Positions 1 to 11,463 of a DNA stretch of 63,780 nt are shown piece after piece (within the stretch, counting starts at the first letter, position 1; each line of letters opens with the position of its first letter). Below the pieces are notes generated by a model. The model did not search any database. It was not told where the DNA came from and was given only the letters and a program-made list of their open reading frames with translations. Source of the stretch: Bacteroidales bacterium (GTDB lineage Bacteria; Bacteroidota; Bacteroidia; Bacteroidales; WCHB1-69); NCBI GenBank assembly GCA_045116675.1, contig JBGUMF010000004.1, positions 1-63,780 of the forward strand, given 5' to 3'. The translations under genes and the position numbers were made by a program.

Positions 1-477
1 GTCTGTCCCGGCCTCATCGCTTGCGAACCTCAAAAAAATCCTTGAGTATTTGCTACATCTTTCTTCATTCTTTCAATGAACTTCCCCAAATCCCTTCGCC
101 TCATCGGACCCTGTCCTTTCCCCCTCATTTGGGACCGCAAAAATAGTGCTTTGAAGAATACCTTCAACTCCTCTAACGTACTTTTTTTTGATTTTTTTGT
201 TATGTTATTGATATTCAACAAGAAAAAATTTTATAGCATGCATTTTTTTATGGAAAACAGGTCAAAAATAGCCCCAAAACAGGCCTTTTTCACCCCTTTT
301 TCGAAGGTCATAACAAGACGATTTCGGAGTTTTTTTTCAAAAGTTGCAAAAAACTGATAGGACACCCCCCTCTTTTATGGGCTATATTTAAGGCATCGAC
401 AAAACAAAAAGCGTCATTGCCTTTTTATATTATATTATTGTATAGGTAAAAAGGTCGTCAATATTTCCGCAGATGAA

Positions 478-1632
478 TCACACCAACGCATCCGTATTTT
501 CATTCTCCACATCGGGAATCAGCCGTCTCACGATCTTGTTGTCGTAGAAAAAGCGGCTGGCAATAACACGAATGACTGTATAGGAGGGGATGGCAACCAA
601 CATTCCCACAATGCCACCGACGTGACCGGCAATGAGCAACACGATGAATATCTCCAACGGATGAGCCTTGATGCTGGTGGAATAGATGAGCGGCTGGTAG
701 ATGAAATTGTCCACCAACTGGACGGTCAGCATGATGGCCAGCACAATGAGGGCAAAAACCCAAATATTCACGTTCAATCCGATGCCTGCACCGTATTTCA
801 AGATGAGACAAAGTACCACACCGATGGCCTCGCCAATCAGCGGACCCACGTATGGGATAATATTCAGCAGACCGGCAATGAAGGCGATGCCAAGCGCATA
901 GTTGAAACCGATACGGGCAATAAGCCAGAGACCGAGGCAGTCGAGCACCACCACGCCGAAAATCTCCATAATCAGCCCCACAAAATAGCGGGAAAGAAGA
1001 CGTTCAATGTCCAAAATGGTCTTCTTTACCTTCTCTTCTATCGTATCAGGTGCCAAAGAACCGATAATTCTCCCGAAAAGGGTCTCATCTTTAGTGAAAA
1101 AGAACGAAATAAAGAGCACAGAGAAAAGTCCGACAGCAAGACCGGCCACCGCAGACGCCACCGAGCCTAAGATGGCGGGAATGTCTGACAGATCCAGCAC
1201 ATCCGAAAGCTTTTGGATCAGCATTTCCACACCGTTAAAATCCTCGCCAACCCATGGTATAGTCCTGATTATCCAATCGTTAGTCTGCTTAATCAAGTTT
1301 TTTGCATCCACCGTTTCCTGTGTATTCATCAGAGAAGCATCCCGTAAGATGCCAGAAACGACGGGAATCACCTGCATGACCAAAAGGAACAGTAAAGCGA
1401 AGATAATAATAATTGTAATCAGCGACAACAGAGCGTCCGGAGCCGATTTACCTTTGATTTTTATTTTCTTAAGCAACTTGAAGATGGGCTGTCCTATCAG
1501 CGACACCACAAAGGCCAAGAGAATGTAAGCCAGCACACTGCTGAAGAAATAGCATAGCACAACAGCTATGGCGAGCGTGCCCAGGATGATGATATATCGG
1601 GCTAATCTGTCAATACTGCGTTCTTTTTCCAT
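478..1632 (-). CDS. AI-2E family (PerM/UPF0118) membrane transporter
   Basis: 384-aa ORF with ATG at 1630-1632. Multi-pass membrane layout typical of the family (two N-terminal TMs, soluble middle, C-terminal TM bundle containing LLNIIPYVGPLIGEAIG). Confidence 0.75.
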   Translation of the reverse strand: MEKERSIDRLARYIIILGTLAIAVVLCYFFSSVLAYILLAFVVSLIGQPIFKLLKKIKIKGKSAPDALLSLITIIIIFALLFLLVMQVIPVVSGILRDASLMNTQETVDAKNLIKQTNDWIIRTIPWVGEDFNGVEMLIQKLSDVLDLSDIPAILGSVASAVAGLAVGLFSVLFISFFFTKDETLFGRIIGSLAPDTIEEKVKKTILDIERLLSRYFVGLIMEIFGVVVLDCLGLWLIARIGFNYALGIAFIAGLLNIIPYVGPLIGEAIGVVLCLILKYGAGIGLNVNIWVFALIVLAIMLTVQLVDNFIYQPLIYSTSIKAHPLEIFIVLLIAGHVGGIVGMLVAIPSYTVIRVIASRFFYDNKIVRRLIPDVENENTDALV

Positions 1633-1654
1633 ACGTATTATCGTTTCAACCCCG

Positions 1655-1662
1655 CAAAACTA
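1655..1662 (-). promoter_or_regulatory. Bacteroidota -7 promoter box (TAGTTTTG on minus strand) for the AI-2E transporter gene
   Basis: Exact match to TAnnTTTG, 23 nt upstream of the ATG at 1632. Confidence 0.45.
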
Positions 1663-1732
1663 CAAAATATTCCGATATAAAAACGGGTGCCGACCGCGAT
1701 GGGGCAACGTACGGTTGGGAATAGTGTAGAGA

Positions 1733-1746
1733 CGCGCCATGGCGCG
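1733..1746 (-). terminator. GC palindrome directly after the stop of the 1750-2625 gene
   Basis: cgcgccatggcgcg is a perfect 14-nt palindrome 3 nt beyond the stop codon. There is no T-tract on the minus strand, so it is only a weak terminator candidate. Confidence 0.3.
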
Positions 1747-1749
1747 CTT

Positions 1750-2625
1750 TTACACATTATGTTGTTTCAATTCCCTGCGGTAAAGGATAAAAGCGGCCAG
1801 ATTGAACGCAATGTCACAAACGGTCGCGACAGCGGGGAAAACATTCACTTTTCCGTACAAGGTGTCATTGGGAGTGAGATGATTGGACAAAATGTTCGGT
1901 AGATAATGCGATGAAAAAAAGTGGATGACAATGAGAATGAAAATCATCGTGATGGAGAGCACCATCGTGTGTTTTTTGACCAGCATAAGGATCGCCCCTA
2001 TGCTAATGAGCACAATCAGCAGACAGGTGATCACCTCAACCAAGACGGAATGGTGGGCAAATGTCCAATATCCGCTGCCGAGCACTCTGATCAAGGAAAG
2101 AATATAACCTAAGGTGATGGCGAACAGGATTCCGCCATAATAACTTCGCGATTCACCTGACGACACTGTTTCGTCCGCATCCGTATTCTCCGAATCGTAA
2201 CGCCACCACAAGAAGCCAACGGTGAGAAACGAGGTGACAAGATTTGCCCACTTCCGCACATTTTGCATCGTATAATTGGGAATATCCCATTTCATCTGAT
2301 TGTCCGCGAAGGAATCAAGATAAAAAAAACGGTCGGAGATGAATGCGGACAACAGATTCATCAGAATGACAGTTCCAACAAATATTGCGAGATGCCCCCA
2401 TTTGACATTGAACATCCTCGGTTTGCGAAACAGCAGGTAAAAGACCAGCAGGAACAGCAGGGATTTCGCGACGACCACGGCTATCGGATGCAGCACGGCT
2501 TCCAGCGCGAAGAGGAACGGAGTGAACGATGCCCAAACGGCATCAAACATCCAATACAGGATGATTCCGAGCAGAAAGCAGCGGTAATCAAGGGATTTTT
2601 CGATGGTGGTATTCATATTTTTCAT
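1750..2625 (-). CDS. multi-pass integral membrane protein, function unknown
   Basis: 291-aa ORF with about 8 hydrophobic segments. No recognisable catalytic motif. Confidence 0.55.
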   Translation of the reverse strand: MKNMNTTIEKSLDYRCFLLGIILYWMFDAVWASFTPFLFALEAVLHPIAVVVAKSLLFLLVFYLLFRKPRMFNVKWGHLAIFVGTVILMNLLSAFISDRFFYLDSFADNQMKWDIPNYTMQNVRKWANLVTSFLTVGFLWWRYDSENTDADETVSSGESRSYYGGILFAITLGYILSLIRVLGSGYWTFAHHSVLVEVITCLLIVLISIGAILMLVKKHTMVLSITMIFILIVIHFFSSHYLPNILSNHLTPNDTLYGKVNVFPAVATVCDIAFNLAAFILYRRELKQHNV

Positions 2626-2715
2626 AATCTTGAGTGGACTCCAGATCTTTCACTTTTCGCACCGCCCCGTGAAGGATGCGAAGTCCGGAAACACCCTCCA
2701 AAGACAACGGCGCGG

Positions 2716-2723
2716 CAAAGTTA
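2716..2723 (-). promoter_or_regulatory. possible -7 box (TAACTTTG) for the 1750-2625 gene
   Basis: Exact TAnnTTTG, but 91 nt upstream of the ATG. Confidence 0.3.
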
Positions 2724-2788
2724 CAACATTATCTATATGTATAACGCATAAATTCCAAATGGTTGCAGTTTACTTCAAATATTTTTAT

Positions 2789-2796
2789 TATTTTTG
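2789..2796 (+). promoter_or_regulatory. -7 promoter box (TATTTTTG) for the AAA ATPase gene
   Basis: Exact TAnnTTTG, 44 nt upstream of the ATG at 2840. An 18-nt inverted repeat (tactcattgcattgagta) lies between the box and the start. Confidence 0.45.
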
Positions 2797-2839
2797 CATC
2801 GCGTAAAAATACTCATTGCATTGAGTAAAATGTTTATAT

Positions 2840-4024
2840 ATGTATAAAAAAGCTGAATATCAGACTATTAAATCAAGATTGAAAGAACCAAGACGCTTTA
2901 TCCAAGTGTTGATGGGGCCGCGGCAGGTGGGAAAGTCAACCGTGGTGAAACAGGTGCTGCAAGACTATGAAGGGGAGTATTTGTTCTTCTCCGCAGACAA
3001 TGTGCCCGCAACCAACAGCGCGTGGATTTCCGACTGCTGGTCGTCGGTGCGCCGACTAATGATTGCCAAAGAGTTGAAATCCATAGTGTTAGTAATTGAC
3101 GAAATTCAGAAAATCGGCAATTGGAGCGAGGTGGTGAAAAAAGAGTGGGATTACGACAGCTTCCACGATATAGGAGTCAAAGTGCTGCTCTTAGGCAGTA
3201 GCCGGGTATTGCTGGAAAAGGGCTTGTCTGAATCTTTGTCAGGGCGTTTCGAGGAGATTCGGATGACACATTGGAGTTATCCGGAGATGAGGGATTGTTT
3301 TGGCTTCACTCTTGATCAATATCTATTTTTCGGAAGCTATCCCGGGGCGGCGGCGCTGATAAACGACGAGGATCGATACCAGCAATACATCCAGTCATCC
3401 ATTATTGACACCACCATCAACAAAGACATACTGATGGACACGCCCATCGGGAAGCCCGCCTTGCTGCGACAAACATTCGAGTTGGGCGCGGCCTACTCGG
3501 GCCAAATACTTTCCCTGAACAAAATGCTGGGTTCCCTGCAGGATGCCGGAAACACCACCACATTGGCCGGATACGTCAACCTCTTGAATGAAAGCGGTCT
3601 GCTCTGCGGACTCCAGAAGTTCAGCGTGGATACCGCCCGCAGAAAAGCCAGCATCCCGAAATTTCAGGTTTACAACAATGCGTTGAAAACGGTTCTGAAT
3701 CCGTTCACTTTTGAGCAGGCACTTCTTGACCGCAAGATGTGGGGACACATCTTCGAATCCGGCGTCGGTGCCTATATTGTCAGCCAATCTTTTGCCCATC
3801 GTTTTGAGGTCTATTACTGGCGGGAGCGCAACGACGAAGTGGATTTCATCCTCAAGAAAAAAGGGAGTATTGTTGCTATTGAAGTGAAAAGCAATGCGGA
3901 GAAGAACACGGCGGGGCTGTCAAAATTCAGGGAGATGTTCAACCCGACAGAAACTCTTGTCATTGGAGAAGGCGGATTCCCTGTGGAAGAGTTCCTCGCT
4001 ATGGATTTACGAAAACTGTTTTAG
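2840..4024 (+). CDS. AAA+ ATPase with DUF4143-like C-terminal domain
   Basis: 394 aa. Walker A is LMGPRQVGKSTVV and Walker B is IVLVIDEIQKIGNW. The C-terminal half has the usual ...YYWRE...EVDFIL... restriction-endonuclease-like signature of this family. Confidence 0.8.
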   Translation: MYKKAEYQTIKSRLKEPRRFIQVLMGPRQVGKSTVVKQVLQDYEGEYLFFSADNVPATNSAWISDCWSSVRRLMIAKELKSIVLVIDEIQKIGNWSEVVKKEWDYDSFHDIGVKVLLLGSSRVLLEKGLSESLSGRFEEIRMTHWSYPEMRDCFGFTLDQYLFFGSYPGAAALINDEDRYQQYIQSSIIDTTINKDILMDTPIGKPALLRQTFELGAAYSGQILSLNKMLGSLQDAGNTTTLAGYVNLLNESGLLCGLQKFSVDTARRKASIPKFQVYNNALKTVLNPFTFEQALLDRKMWGHIFESGVGAYIVSQSFAHRFEVYYWRERNDEVDFILKKKGSIVAIEVKSNAEKNTAGLSKFREMFNPTETLVIGEGGFPVEEFLAMDLRKLF

Positions 4025-4065
4025 AAATTCACTCATAAAATATTCATTAGTACAACTGATAGACA

Positions 4066-4773
4066 ATGCGCCAACCTGTCATCAACATCCTGCTTTGCGA
4101 CACGTTCCCCGGACTGCTGCCGGAGAGCATCCCGAGCCACGAGTATCTGTTCGAGAAGCGGTTTCATTCCGTGGACCCAAACATCATCTTCAAAGTATAT
4201 CGTACGCTGGACGGCGAATTGCCGGAACATCCCGCTGCGGATGAACTCTACCTCATCACGGGCTCCAACAACGCCGCCTACGACACGCTGCCGTGGATCT
4301 TATCATTACAGGAGTGGATTCGGATGGCCGCTAAACAGCAAGTACCCTTGGTCGGCATCTGCTTCGGACACCAAGTCATCGCGCAGGCGTTGGGCGGACG
4401 GGTGGAGCGCTATGCCGGCGGCTGGGGCGTGGGTATCCGCGAGTCGAAAGTTCTTGACGAGGAGATGCTCCCCTATTTCCCTGACGGCCGTATGCGGCTC
4501 ATCTGCAACCACCACGACCAGGTAACGCAACTGCCGGAAGGAGCAACGCCACTTGCCACCAGCGACTTTTGCCGTTACGAGGGCTTCCGCATCGGTCGCC
4601 ACATCCTCACCTTCCAGGGTCATCCGGAGTTCACCGTGGACTACGAACGGCACCTCATCCTCAACCATGCCGAGGACGAGGATGAGGTGGTGAAGCGGCA
4701 GGCATTGGCGTCGTTGGAGACGATGGAACATCAGGGGAAAACAGTGGCGGAATTCTTGTTGGGATGGTTGTAG
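4066..4773 (+). CDS. class I glutamine amidotransferase-like protein (GMP-synthase-type GATase domain)
   Basis: 235 aa. Nucleophile elbow is LVGICFGHQVIAQALGG and the His motif is FQGHPEF. Confidence 0.8.
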   Translation: MRQPVINILLCDTFPGLLPESIPSHEYLFEKRFHSVDPNIIFKVYRTLDGELPEHPAADELYLITGSNNAAYDTLPWILSLQEWIRMAAKQQVPLVGICFGHQVIAQALGGRVERYAGGWGVGIRESKVLDEEMLPYFPDGRMRLICNHHDQVTQLPEGATPLATSDFCRYEGFRIGRHILTFQGHPEFTVDYERHLILNHAEDEDEVVKRQALASLETMEHQGKTVAEFLLGWL

Positions 4774-4797
4774 GGGCGAATGATTATTCGCCCCTAC
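4770..4797 (+). terminator. 12-bp stem hairpin overlapping the GATase stop codon
   Basis: gtaggggcgaat/attcgcccctac with a 4-nt loop. No clear T-tract follows. Confidence 0.5.
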
Positions 4798-4906
4798 GGT
4801 TATTCGTCCTATCTGTCGTCATGGAATAAGATGCGAGTTGTCCTCCTTGCAATACACGAGCACCGCAATCATGGCAAACGGTGGCAGGATGCACAGTCAA
4901 TTGGCG

Positions 4907-5026
4907 ATGGAGACATTACCCATTCGAGAAGTCAACACCTTGCTCTGCGACATGTTTTCCGAGCTGTTTCCAAACAGCATCCCGAGCTACGGATCAAGGT
5001 TAATGAAGCTATTTATTACAATTTAA
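4907..5026 (+). pseudogene. N-terminal remnant of a second GATase paralogue
   Basis: METLPIREVNTLLCDMFSELFPNSIPSY... parallels the N-terminus of the 4066 gene (MRQPVINILLCDTFPGLLPESIPSH). Nucleotides 4931-4990 align by eye to 4081-4140. The reading frame stops after 39 codons. Confidence 0.5.
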
Positions 5027-5028
5027 AA

Positions 5029-5097
5029 TAATAGCTAATAATTGGTAGTGGTTTGGCTTTACGCCTGTTGCTTTTCACTATCAATTATTAGCTATTA
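5029..5097. terminator. long imperfect palindrome between convergent genes (candidate bidirectional terminator/structured element)
   Basis: 23-pair stem (5029-5051 with 5075-5097), including the perfect 15-mer aatagctaataattg/caattattagctatt, and a 23-nt loop. It lies between the GATase remnant (+) and the mutB stop (5119, -). Confidence 0.5.
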
Positions 5098-5118
5098 ACT
5101 ATAGACTAATTAGTCGCT

Positions 5119-7266
<2,148 letters not shown>

Positions 7267-7298
7267 AGTTCTATTATCTTCTTTACTTATTGGGGGTG

Positions 7299-7306
7299 CA
7301 AAGGTA
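7299..7306 (-). promoter_or_regulatory. -7 promoter box (TACCTTTG) for mutB
   Basis: Exact TAnnTTTG, 33 nt upstream of the ATG at 7266. Confidence 0.45.
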
Positions 7307-7381
7307 CATAATTTACAAATACACAGACAGGTCTTTTTGTTGCTTTGTGGAAAGGCGATTCATCGCGTCTCTGCAAAGCAT

Positions 7382-9133
7382 CTACTTCGCTTGTATATTC
7401 TTGCCGCAATCGTCCACGATCATCTTATACCATTCCTCACGATATTTCGGCTGGTCGGGGAAAGCGCTTTGCGGGATCTTGGTGTCCGACACTTTGAACT
7501 TGCCGTTTTCCTCTTTCTTCACGTTGCCGTCATGATATTTCACTAACAGATAGATAAAGAGGTCGTTCCAGTCGGCGCACACCTTCTTGGCGGCGTCGTT
7601 GGAGTAGCGGTTGAGTTCCTTGCGGGCCTTGTCAGGGTTGTTTTCGCAGAGGTCTTTCATGGAGGCCGACATCTTGTTGATGTCTTTCACGAACTGGCCT
7701 TCCCAGTAAGCCTGTTTTTCGTTCACATGCTTGATCATGTCACAATAGCGGGAATAGACAAAGTTGCTAACCTTGGTGAAGGTCCAGAAGGCGGCGGTGT
7801 TGGAGTATTCCACCATGGAGCCGTTGCCCTGCTCGTATTCCTTCGGGATTTCGGTGATGCCGCAGAACATGGGCACATAGCAGCAGCTGGCCGCGTCGTC
7901 CACGCCGAACCAAAAGATGCCTCCGAACCAGTTGGGCAGCCAGCTACGGCATTGGGCCACGAAGGAGAAGCCGGTCTGCTGAGTGGCGGTAGCGCGCTCG
8001 TGGATGTAGTTTTTGCCGTTGTACTCCCAAGTCATGGGACGCCAGCGGTACGGACACTTGAACGGGCCGGCACCGAGGTCGTTGGTCATATCCATGGAGG
8101 TGCCCTCGAAATGGTCGCGCATCATCTGCATCATAAACTGCGCGTCAATCTTGCTCTTGTCGGCAGGCTTAATCCACAGCGGGAAACGGTGCTTGAGGTT
8201 GTCGCCGCGGGCATAATCCTCATACTGAGCCATTTCAGCATGGTTGCAGTGGTTGAAGAAGGCCCACACACGCGATTCGCAGAAGCGGGCACCGTCGAAG
8301 TTGATGGGATTGTAGGTATCGCAGAAGCTGAAGTCGGCATCCGGAGCCTGCTTCGTGTCTTTCGGGTAGAGACCTTTCATTCGGGCGAAGGAGATAACAT
8401 CGTAGGAATAGACAGTCTCCACAGAGGGCAGGAAAATTTTGTCCAGTTCTTTGCTGGTGATGGAAGTCTTGCCGTCACGCAACGGGAAGGTGGAGATGCG
8501 CGACTGGTTGGCATGGCCGCTGATGTAGCCGTCGGGGATGCGACGGGCCACCCACACGGCGCCGTTGCTCCAGCCCTTCATGATTTTGCCCTTGGCGTCC
8601 AGCATCTTCTCGCCTTTGCCGATGAGGTCCATGACCCACGCTTCGTTGGGATCCACGATAGAGAATGACTCGCCCTCGCTGGCGTAGCCGTAGGTGTCCA
8701 TGAGCTCGGCAATAACCTTGATGGCCTCACGGGCATTCTTGGCCCGTTGCAGCGCGATGTAGATCAGGGAACCGTAGTCGATCATGCCCTGGCCTTGCTC
8801 CAGCTCTTCGATACCGCCGTAGGTGGTCTCGCCGATGGCCAACTGCCATTCATTCATGTTGCCGATGACCGAGTAGGTGTGGGCCACCTGCGGAATCTGT
8901 CCCAGCAGCTTGCCGGTGTCCCATTCGATGACATCCAACATGGTGCCGGCGGGGTAGTCCTTGGCCGGACGATAGTACAATTCGCCGTACAGCTGGTGTG
9001 AGTCGGCGGCATAGGTGAGGAAACAGGAGCCGTCTTTGCTGGCACCCTTCGTCACAATAAAGTTGGTGCAGGCCATCGAGGTGGTGAATGCCATCAGGCC
9101 CAGCACAAGGGTGAGTAAAATGGATTTTTTCAT
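7382..9133 (-). CDS. C69 family dipeptidase (secreted, N-terminal Cys nucleophile)
   Basis: 583 aa. The signal peptide ends ...TSMA|CTNFIVTKGASKDGS, which is the characteristic C69 mature N-terminus. Confidence 0.85.
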   Translation of the reverse strand: MKKSILLTLVLGLMAFTTSMACTNFIVTKGASKDGSCFLTYAADSHQLYGELYYRPAKDYPAGTMLDVIEWDTGKLLGQIPQVAHTYSVIGNMNEWQLAIGETTYGGIEELEQGQGMIDYGSLIYIALQRAKNAREAIKVIAELMDTYGYASEGESFSIVDPNEAWVMDLIGKGEKMLDAKGKIMKGWSNGAVWVARRIPDGYISGHANQSRISTFPLRDGKTSITSKELDKIFLPSVETVYSYDVISFARMKGLYPKDTKQAPDADFSFCDTYNPINFDGARFCESRVWAFFNHCNHAEMAQYEDYARGDNLKHRFPLWIKPADKSKIDAQFMMQMMRDHFEGTSMDMTNDLGAGPFKCPYRWRPMTWEYNGKNYIHERATATQQTGFSFVAQCRSWLPNWFGGIFWFGVDDAASCCYVPMFCGITEIPKEYEQGNGSMVEYSNTAAFWTFTKVSNFVYSRYCDMIKHVNEKQAYWEGQFVKDINKMSASMKDLCENNPDKARKELNRYSNDAAKKVCADWNDLFIYLLVKYHDGNVKKEENGKFKVSDTKIPQSAFPDQPKYREEWYKMIVDDCGKNIQAK

Positions 9134-9174
9134 AACTTGCTTTTTTATTGGATTATTATTAATGTTCGTATGTA

Positions 9175-9663
9175 TTACTCCACGGATAGAATCTTCACGG
9201 TCTTCATGCCGGCGGGGAGCTGTATGTCGAAGATGTCGTTAGGATGATGGCCGAAGAGGGCTTTGGCCATCGGGGAGGTGAAGGGCACCTTGCCTTTGGA
9301 GGAGGCGGCCTCGTCCACGCCGGTGATCTGGATCTGCAGCTCGTTGCCGCCCATGCACATCGTCACCGTGGAGCCGAACGCGATTTCACCCGTCTTCTTG
9401 GGTTCCATCACTTTAGCGATTTTGATGCGGTTTTCCAACAGTTCCAATTTGGCGTTGAGAAAGTTACGCGTCACGCGGGCATCGGTTTCCTGCCCGTCGG
9501 CACGGATGCCGTCACGCTCGCGCAAGAGATCTTCCCGTTCCTGCAGCAGCTGCTCCATACCGGCGGGCGTCACATAGTTGACCACTCCGGCGGGCAAAAA
9601 GGCACGCGGCGGCACCAACGGAACCTCCTCCTGATCTCCTTCTTTTACAAATCCCCTGCTCAT
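9175..9663 (-). CDS. GreA/GreB-family transcription elongation factor-like protein
   Basis: 162 aa. Coiled-coil N-terminal half and a C-terminal GreA/B-type domain (IAFGSTVTM...VPFTSPMAKALFGH). Confidence 0.65.
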   Translation of the reverse strand: MSRGFVKEGDQEEVPLVPPRAFLPAGVVNYVTPAGMEQLLQEREDLLRERDGIRADGQETDARVTRNFLNAKLELLENRIKIAKVMEPKKTGEIAFGSTVTMCMGGNELQIQITGVDEAASSKGKVPFTSPMAKALFGHHPNDIFDIQLPAGMKTVKILSVE

Positions 9664-9669
9664 AAACCG

Positions 9670-10767
9670 TTACATGAATTTCCGACGTAAAAGGTCGCAC
9701 AAAGCCAGATAGGCAGTGGAGGTGGAATCCCAGAAATACTGTTTCTTATAGTTTTCCAGACAATCGAACGCCGCCTCCAGGTTGGCGCACTGGTTGAGCT
9801 TTTGTATGGCCGCGCTGAACTCCTCGCCCCGGTTTTGGAACAACTCCTTGATAAAGGTGAACTTGTCGTTGATGGAGATGGCCTTCGTCAGGTCTTGGAC
9901 TTTCGCGTGCTGGAACTGTGCGCTCAGCGAGCGGTCCTCTTTCTGCTCGTTGAACAGGTCGTTCAGCGAACGCTGGGGAGCAGAAGCACTAAGAGGCTTT
10001 TTCTCTTCTTGTTCGGGTTTGACGGCAGGTGCCGGAGCGGCCTTGGCCGGTTCGGGTTTTGCCGGAGCCGCAGGAGCCTGTTGGGCTACGGGAGCTTTGG
10101 GGGCCGGTTCGGGTTGCTCGTGTCGTTTGGGCCTCGGGATGAATTGCAGCAAATCGTCCTCTTCGTTGGAAAACAGGGATTCCGGCTCTATCTGGTCATC
10201 GCGTTTGGGCTTGGATGTGGGCACTCGCTCGGGCTCGCTCGGACGTACTGGTTCTTCCACTACCTTTTTCGCTTCCGGCTCGGATATAGTCACTTCCGGC
10301 TGAACAGGCTTCTCCTCGGGTTTGGGCATTTCCTTTTCAGGTTCTGCCGGTTTCTCTACAGGTTGCGGTGTTTCAGCCACCGGCTGCGGAATCTCCTCTT
10401 TTACATCCTCCACAATCTGCACATCAACAGGTTCTTCCTCTTTCGGCTGGTAGCTTTCGTGTTCCGTGTCGAAAAAGAGGTCCACATCCTCCTTCAAGCC
10501 CGGATGCACAGCATATTCGCGCGGTTCATCTTGCGCTTGCGGTTCCGGTTCGGGAGCTTGCGGCGCTGCCGGAACGGGGACTTCCACCGCAATTTCCGGC
10601 TCCGACGATGTCTCCTGAACGGGCTTTTTCGTCTGCAATTCCACATAAATGTGACGGAGACGCTCCAGAACGGCATCCCGCTCAATGGGGGGCATGACGG
10701 GCATTTCGCCACATATAAGTTCAAGGTTGTCAAGAATTTCGATGATTTGTGCAAAACTATTCTGCAT
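9670..10767 (-). CDS. hypothetical protein with long Pro/Glu/Lys/Ala-rich linker and conserved-looking C-terminal domain
   Basis: The ORF is open to 10836, but I prefer the ATG at 10767 (MQNSFAQIIEILDNL...). The upstream extension translates an AT-rich promoter region that holds -7 boxes on both strands. Confidence 0.5.
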   Translation of the reverse strand: MQNSFAQIIEILDNLELICGEMPVMPPIERDAVLERLRHIYVELQTKKPVQETSSEPEIAVEVPVPAAPQAPEPEPQAQDEPREYAVHPGLKEDVDLFFDTEHESYQPKEEEPVDVQIVEDVKEEIPQPVAETPQPVEKPAEPEKEMPKPEEKPVQPEVTISEPEAKKVVEEPVRPSEPERVPTSKPKRDDQIEPESLFSNEEDDLLQFIPRPKRHEQPEPAPKAPVAQQAPAAPAKPEPAKAAPAPAVKPEQEEKKPLSASAPQRSLNDLFNEQKEDRSLSAQFQHAKVQDLTKAISINDKFTFIKELFQNRGEEFSAAIQKLNQCANLEAAFDCLENYKKQYFWDSTSTAYLALCDLLRRKFM

Positions 10768-10807
10768 TTTAGTAAGAATTAATGGTTGTTGGAAAGACAA
10801 ATTATTA

Positions 10808-10815
10808 TAATTTTG
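10808..10815 (+). promoter_or_regulatory. -7 promoter box (TAATTTTG) for tdk
   Basis: Exact TAnnTTTG, 54 nt upstream of the ATG at 10869. Confidence 0.4.
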
Positions 10816-10833
10816 CCGTTCCGAAAAAACGGA

Positions 10834-10841
10834 CAAAAATA
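10834..10841 (-). promoter_or_regulatory. -7 promoter box (TATTTTTG) for the 9670-10767 gene
   Basis: Exact TAnnTTTG on the minus strand, 67 nt upstream of the ATG at 10767. It faces the tdk box. Confidence 0.35.
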
Positions 10842-10868
10842 CAAAATTCTTTTAATCGAAACAGGCGC

Positions 10869-11462
10869 ATGTTTTTAGAAAATAAAGCGAGTAGAAATAA
10901 TCAACGGGGATGGATTGAGGTGATATGCGGGTCAATGTTTTCCGGAAAGACGGAGGAGTTGCTCCGGCGCATCCGCCGTGCGGAGTTTGCCAACCAACAG
11001 ATTGAACTTTTCAAGCCCGCCATCGATACCCGCTACGACGAGGTGGATGTGGTGTCGCATAACGAGAACTCGATGGTCTCCACGCCCGTCCACAACTCCT
11101 CGGAAATTCTGCTGTATGTGAATATGGAATCGGTGCAAGTGGTGGCCATCGATGAAATCCAATTTTTCGACGAAGGTATCGTGGATGTGTGCAATACGTT
11201 GGCAAACGCTGGTATCCGTGTGATTGTCAGCGGGTTGGATATGGACTACTTGGGCAATCCCTTCGGTCCGATGCCGAAGCTGATGGCGGTGGCGGAGTAT
11301 GTGAGCAAGCAGCACGCCATCTGCACCCACTGCGGCGACCTGGCCCAATACTCCCATCGTATTGTGGCCGGTGACGGACAAGTGCTCCTGGGCGAGAAAG
11401 AGGCGTATGAGCCCCTTTGTCGTCATTGTTTTAATGAAGCTTTGAAAAAAGAAAACCGGTAA
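10869..11462 (+). CDS. tdk: thymidine kinase
   Basis: Start moved to the internal ATG at 10869 (MFLENK...). P-loop is [16 protein letters not shown]-terminal zinc ribbon is CTHCG...CRHCF. Confidence 0.9.
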   Translation: MFLENKASRNNQRGWIEVICGSMFSGKTEELLRRIRRAEFANQQIELFKPAIDTRYDEVDVVSHNENSMVSTPVHNSSEILLYVNMESVQVVAIDEIQFFDEGIVDVCNTLANAGIRVIVSGLDMDYLGNPFGPMPKLMAVAEYVSKQHAICTHCGDLAQYSHRIVAGDGQVLLGEKEAYEPLCRHCFNEALKKENR

Positions 11463-11463
11463 A

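Noticed and set aside
30-221. 63-aa minus-strand ORF at the window edge (MLNINNITKKSKKS...GKFIERMKKDVANTQGFF), plus the overlapping 93-aa plus-strand ORF 76-357.
   Set aside because: No recognisable motif. Both ORFs overlap each other in AT-rich sequence and I cannot tell which, if either, is real. They may be a remnant of a gene outside the window.
10768-10836. Longer start (10836) for the Pro/Glu-rich hypothetical gene, and the longer start (10782) for tdk.
   Set aside because: The extensions overlap each other on opposite strands, translate AT-rich promoter DNA containing -7 boxes for both genes, and add non-conserved-looking residues before good internal ATGs.
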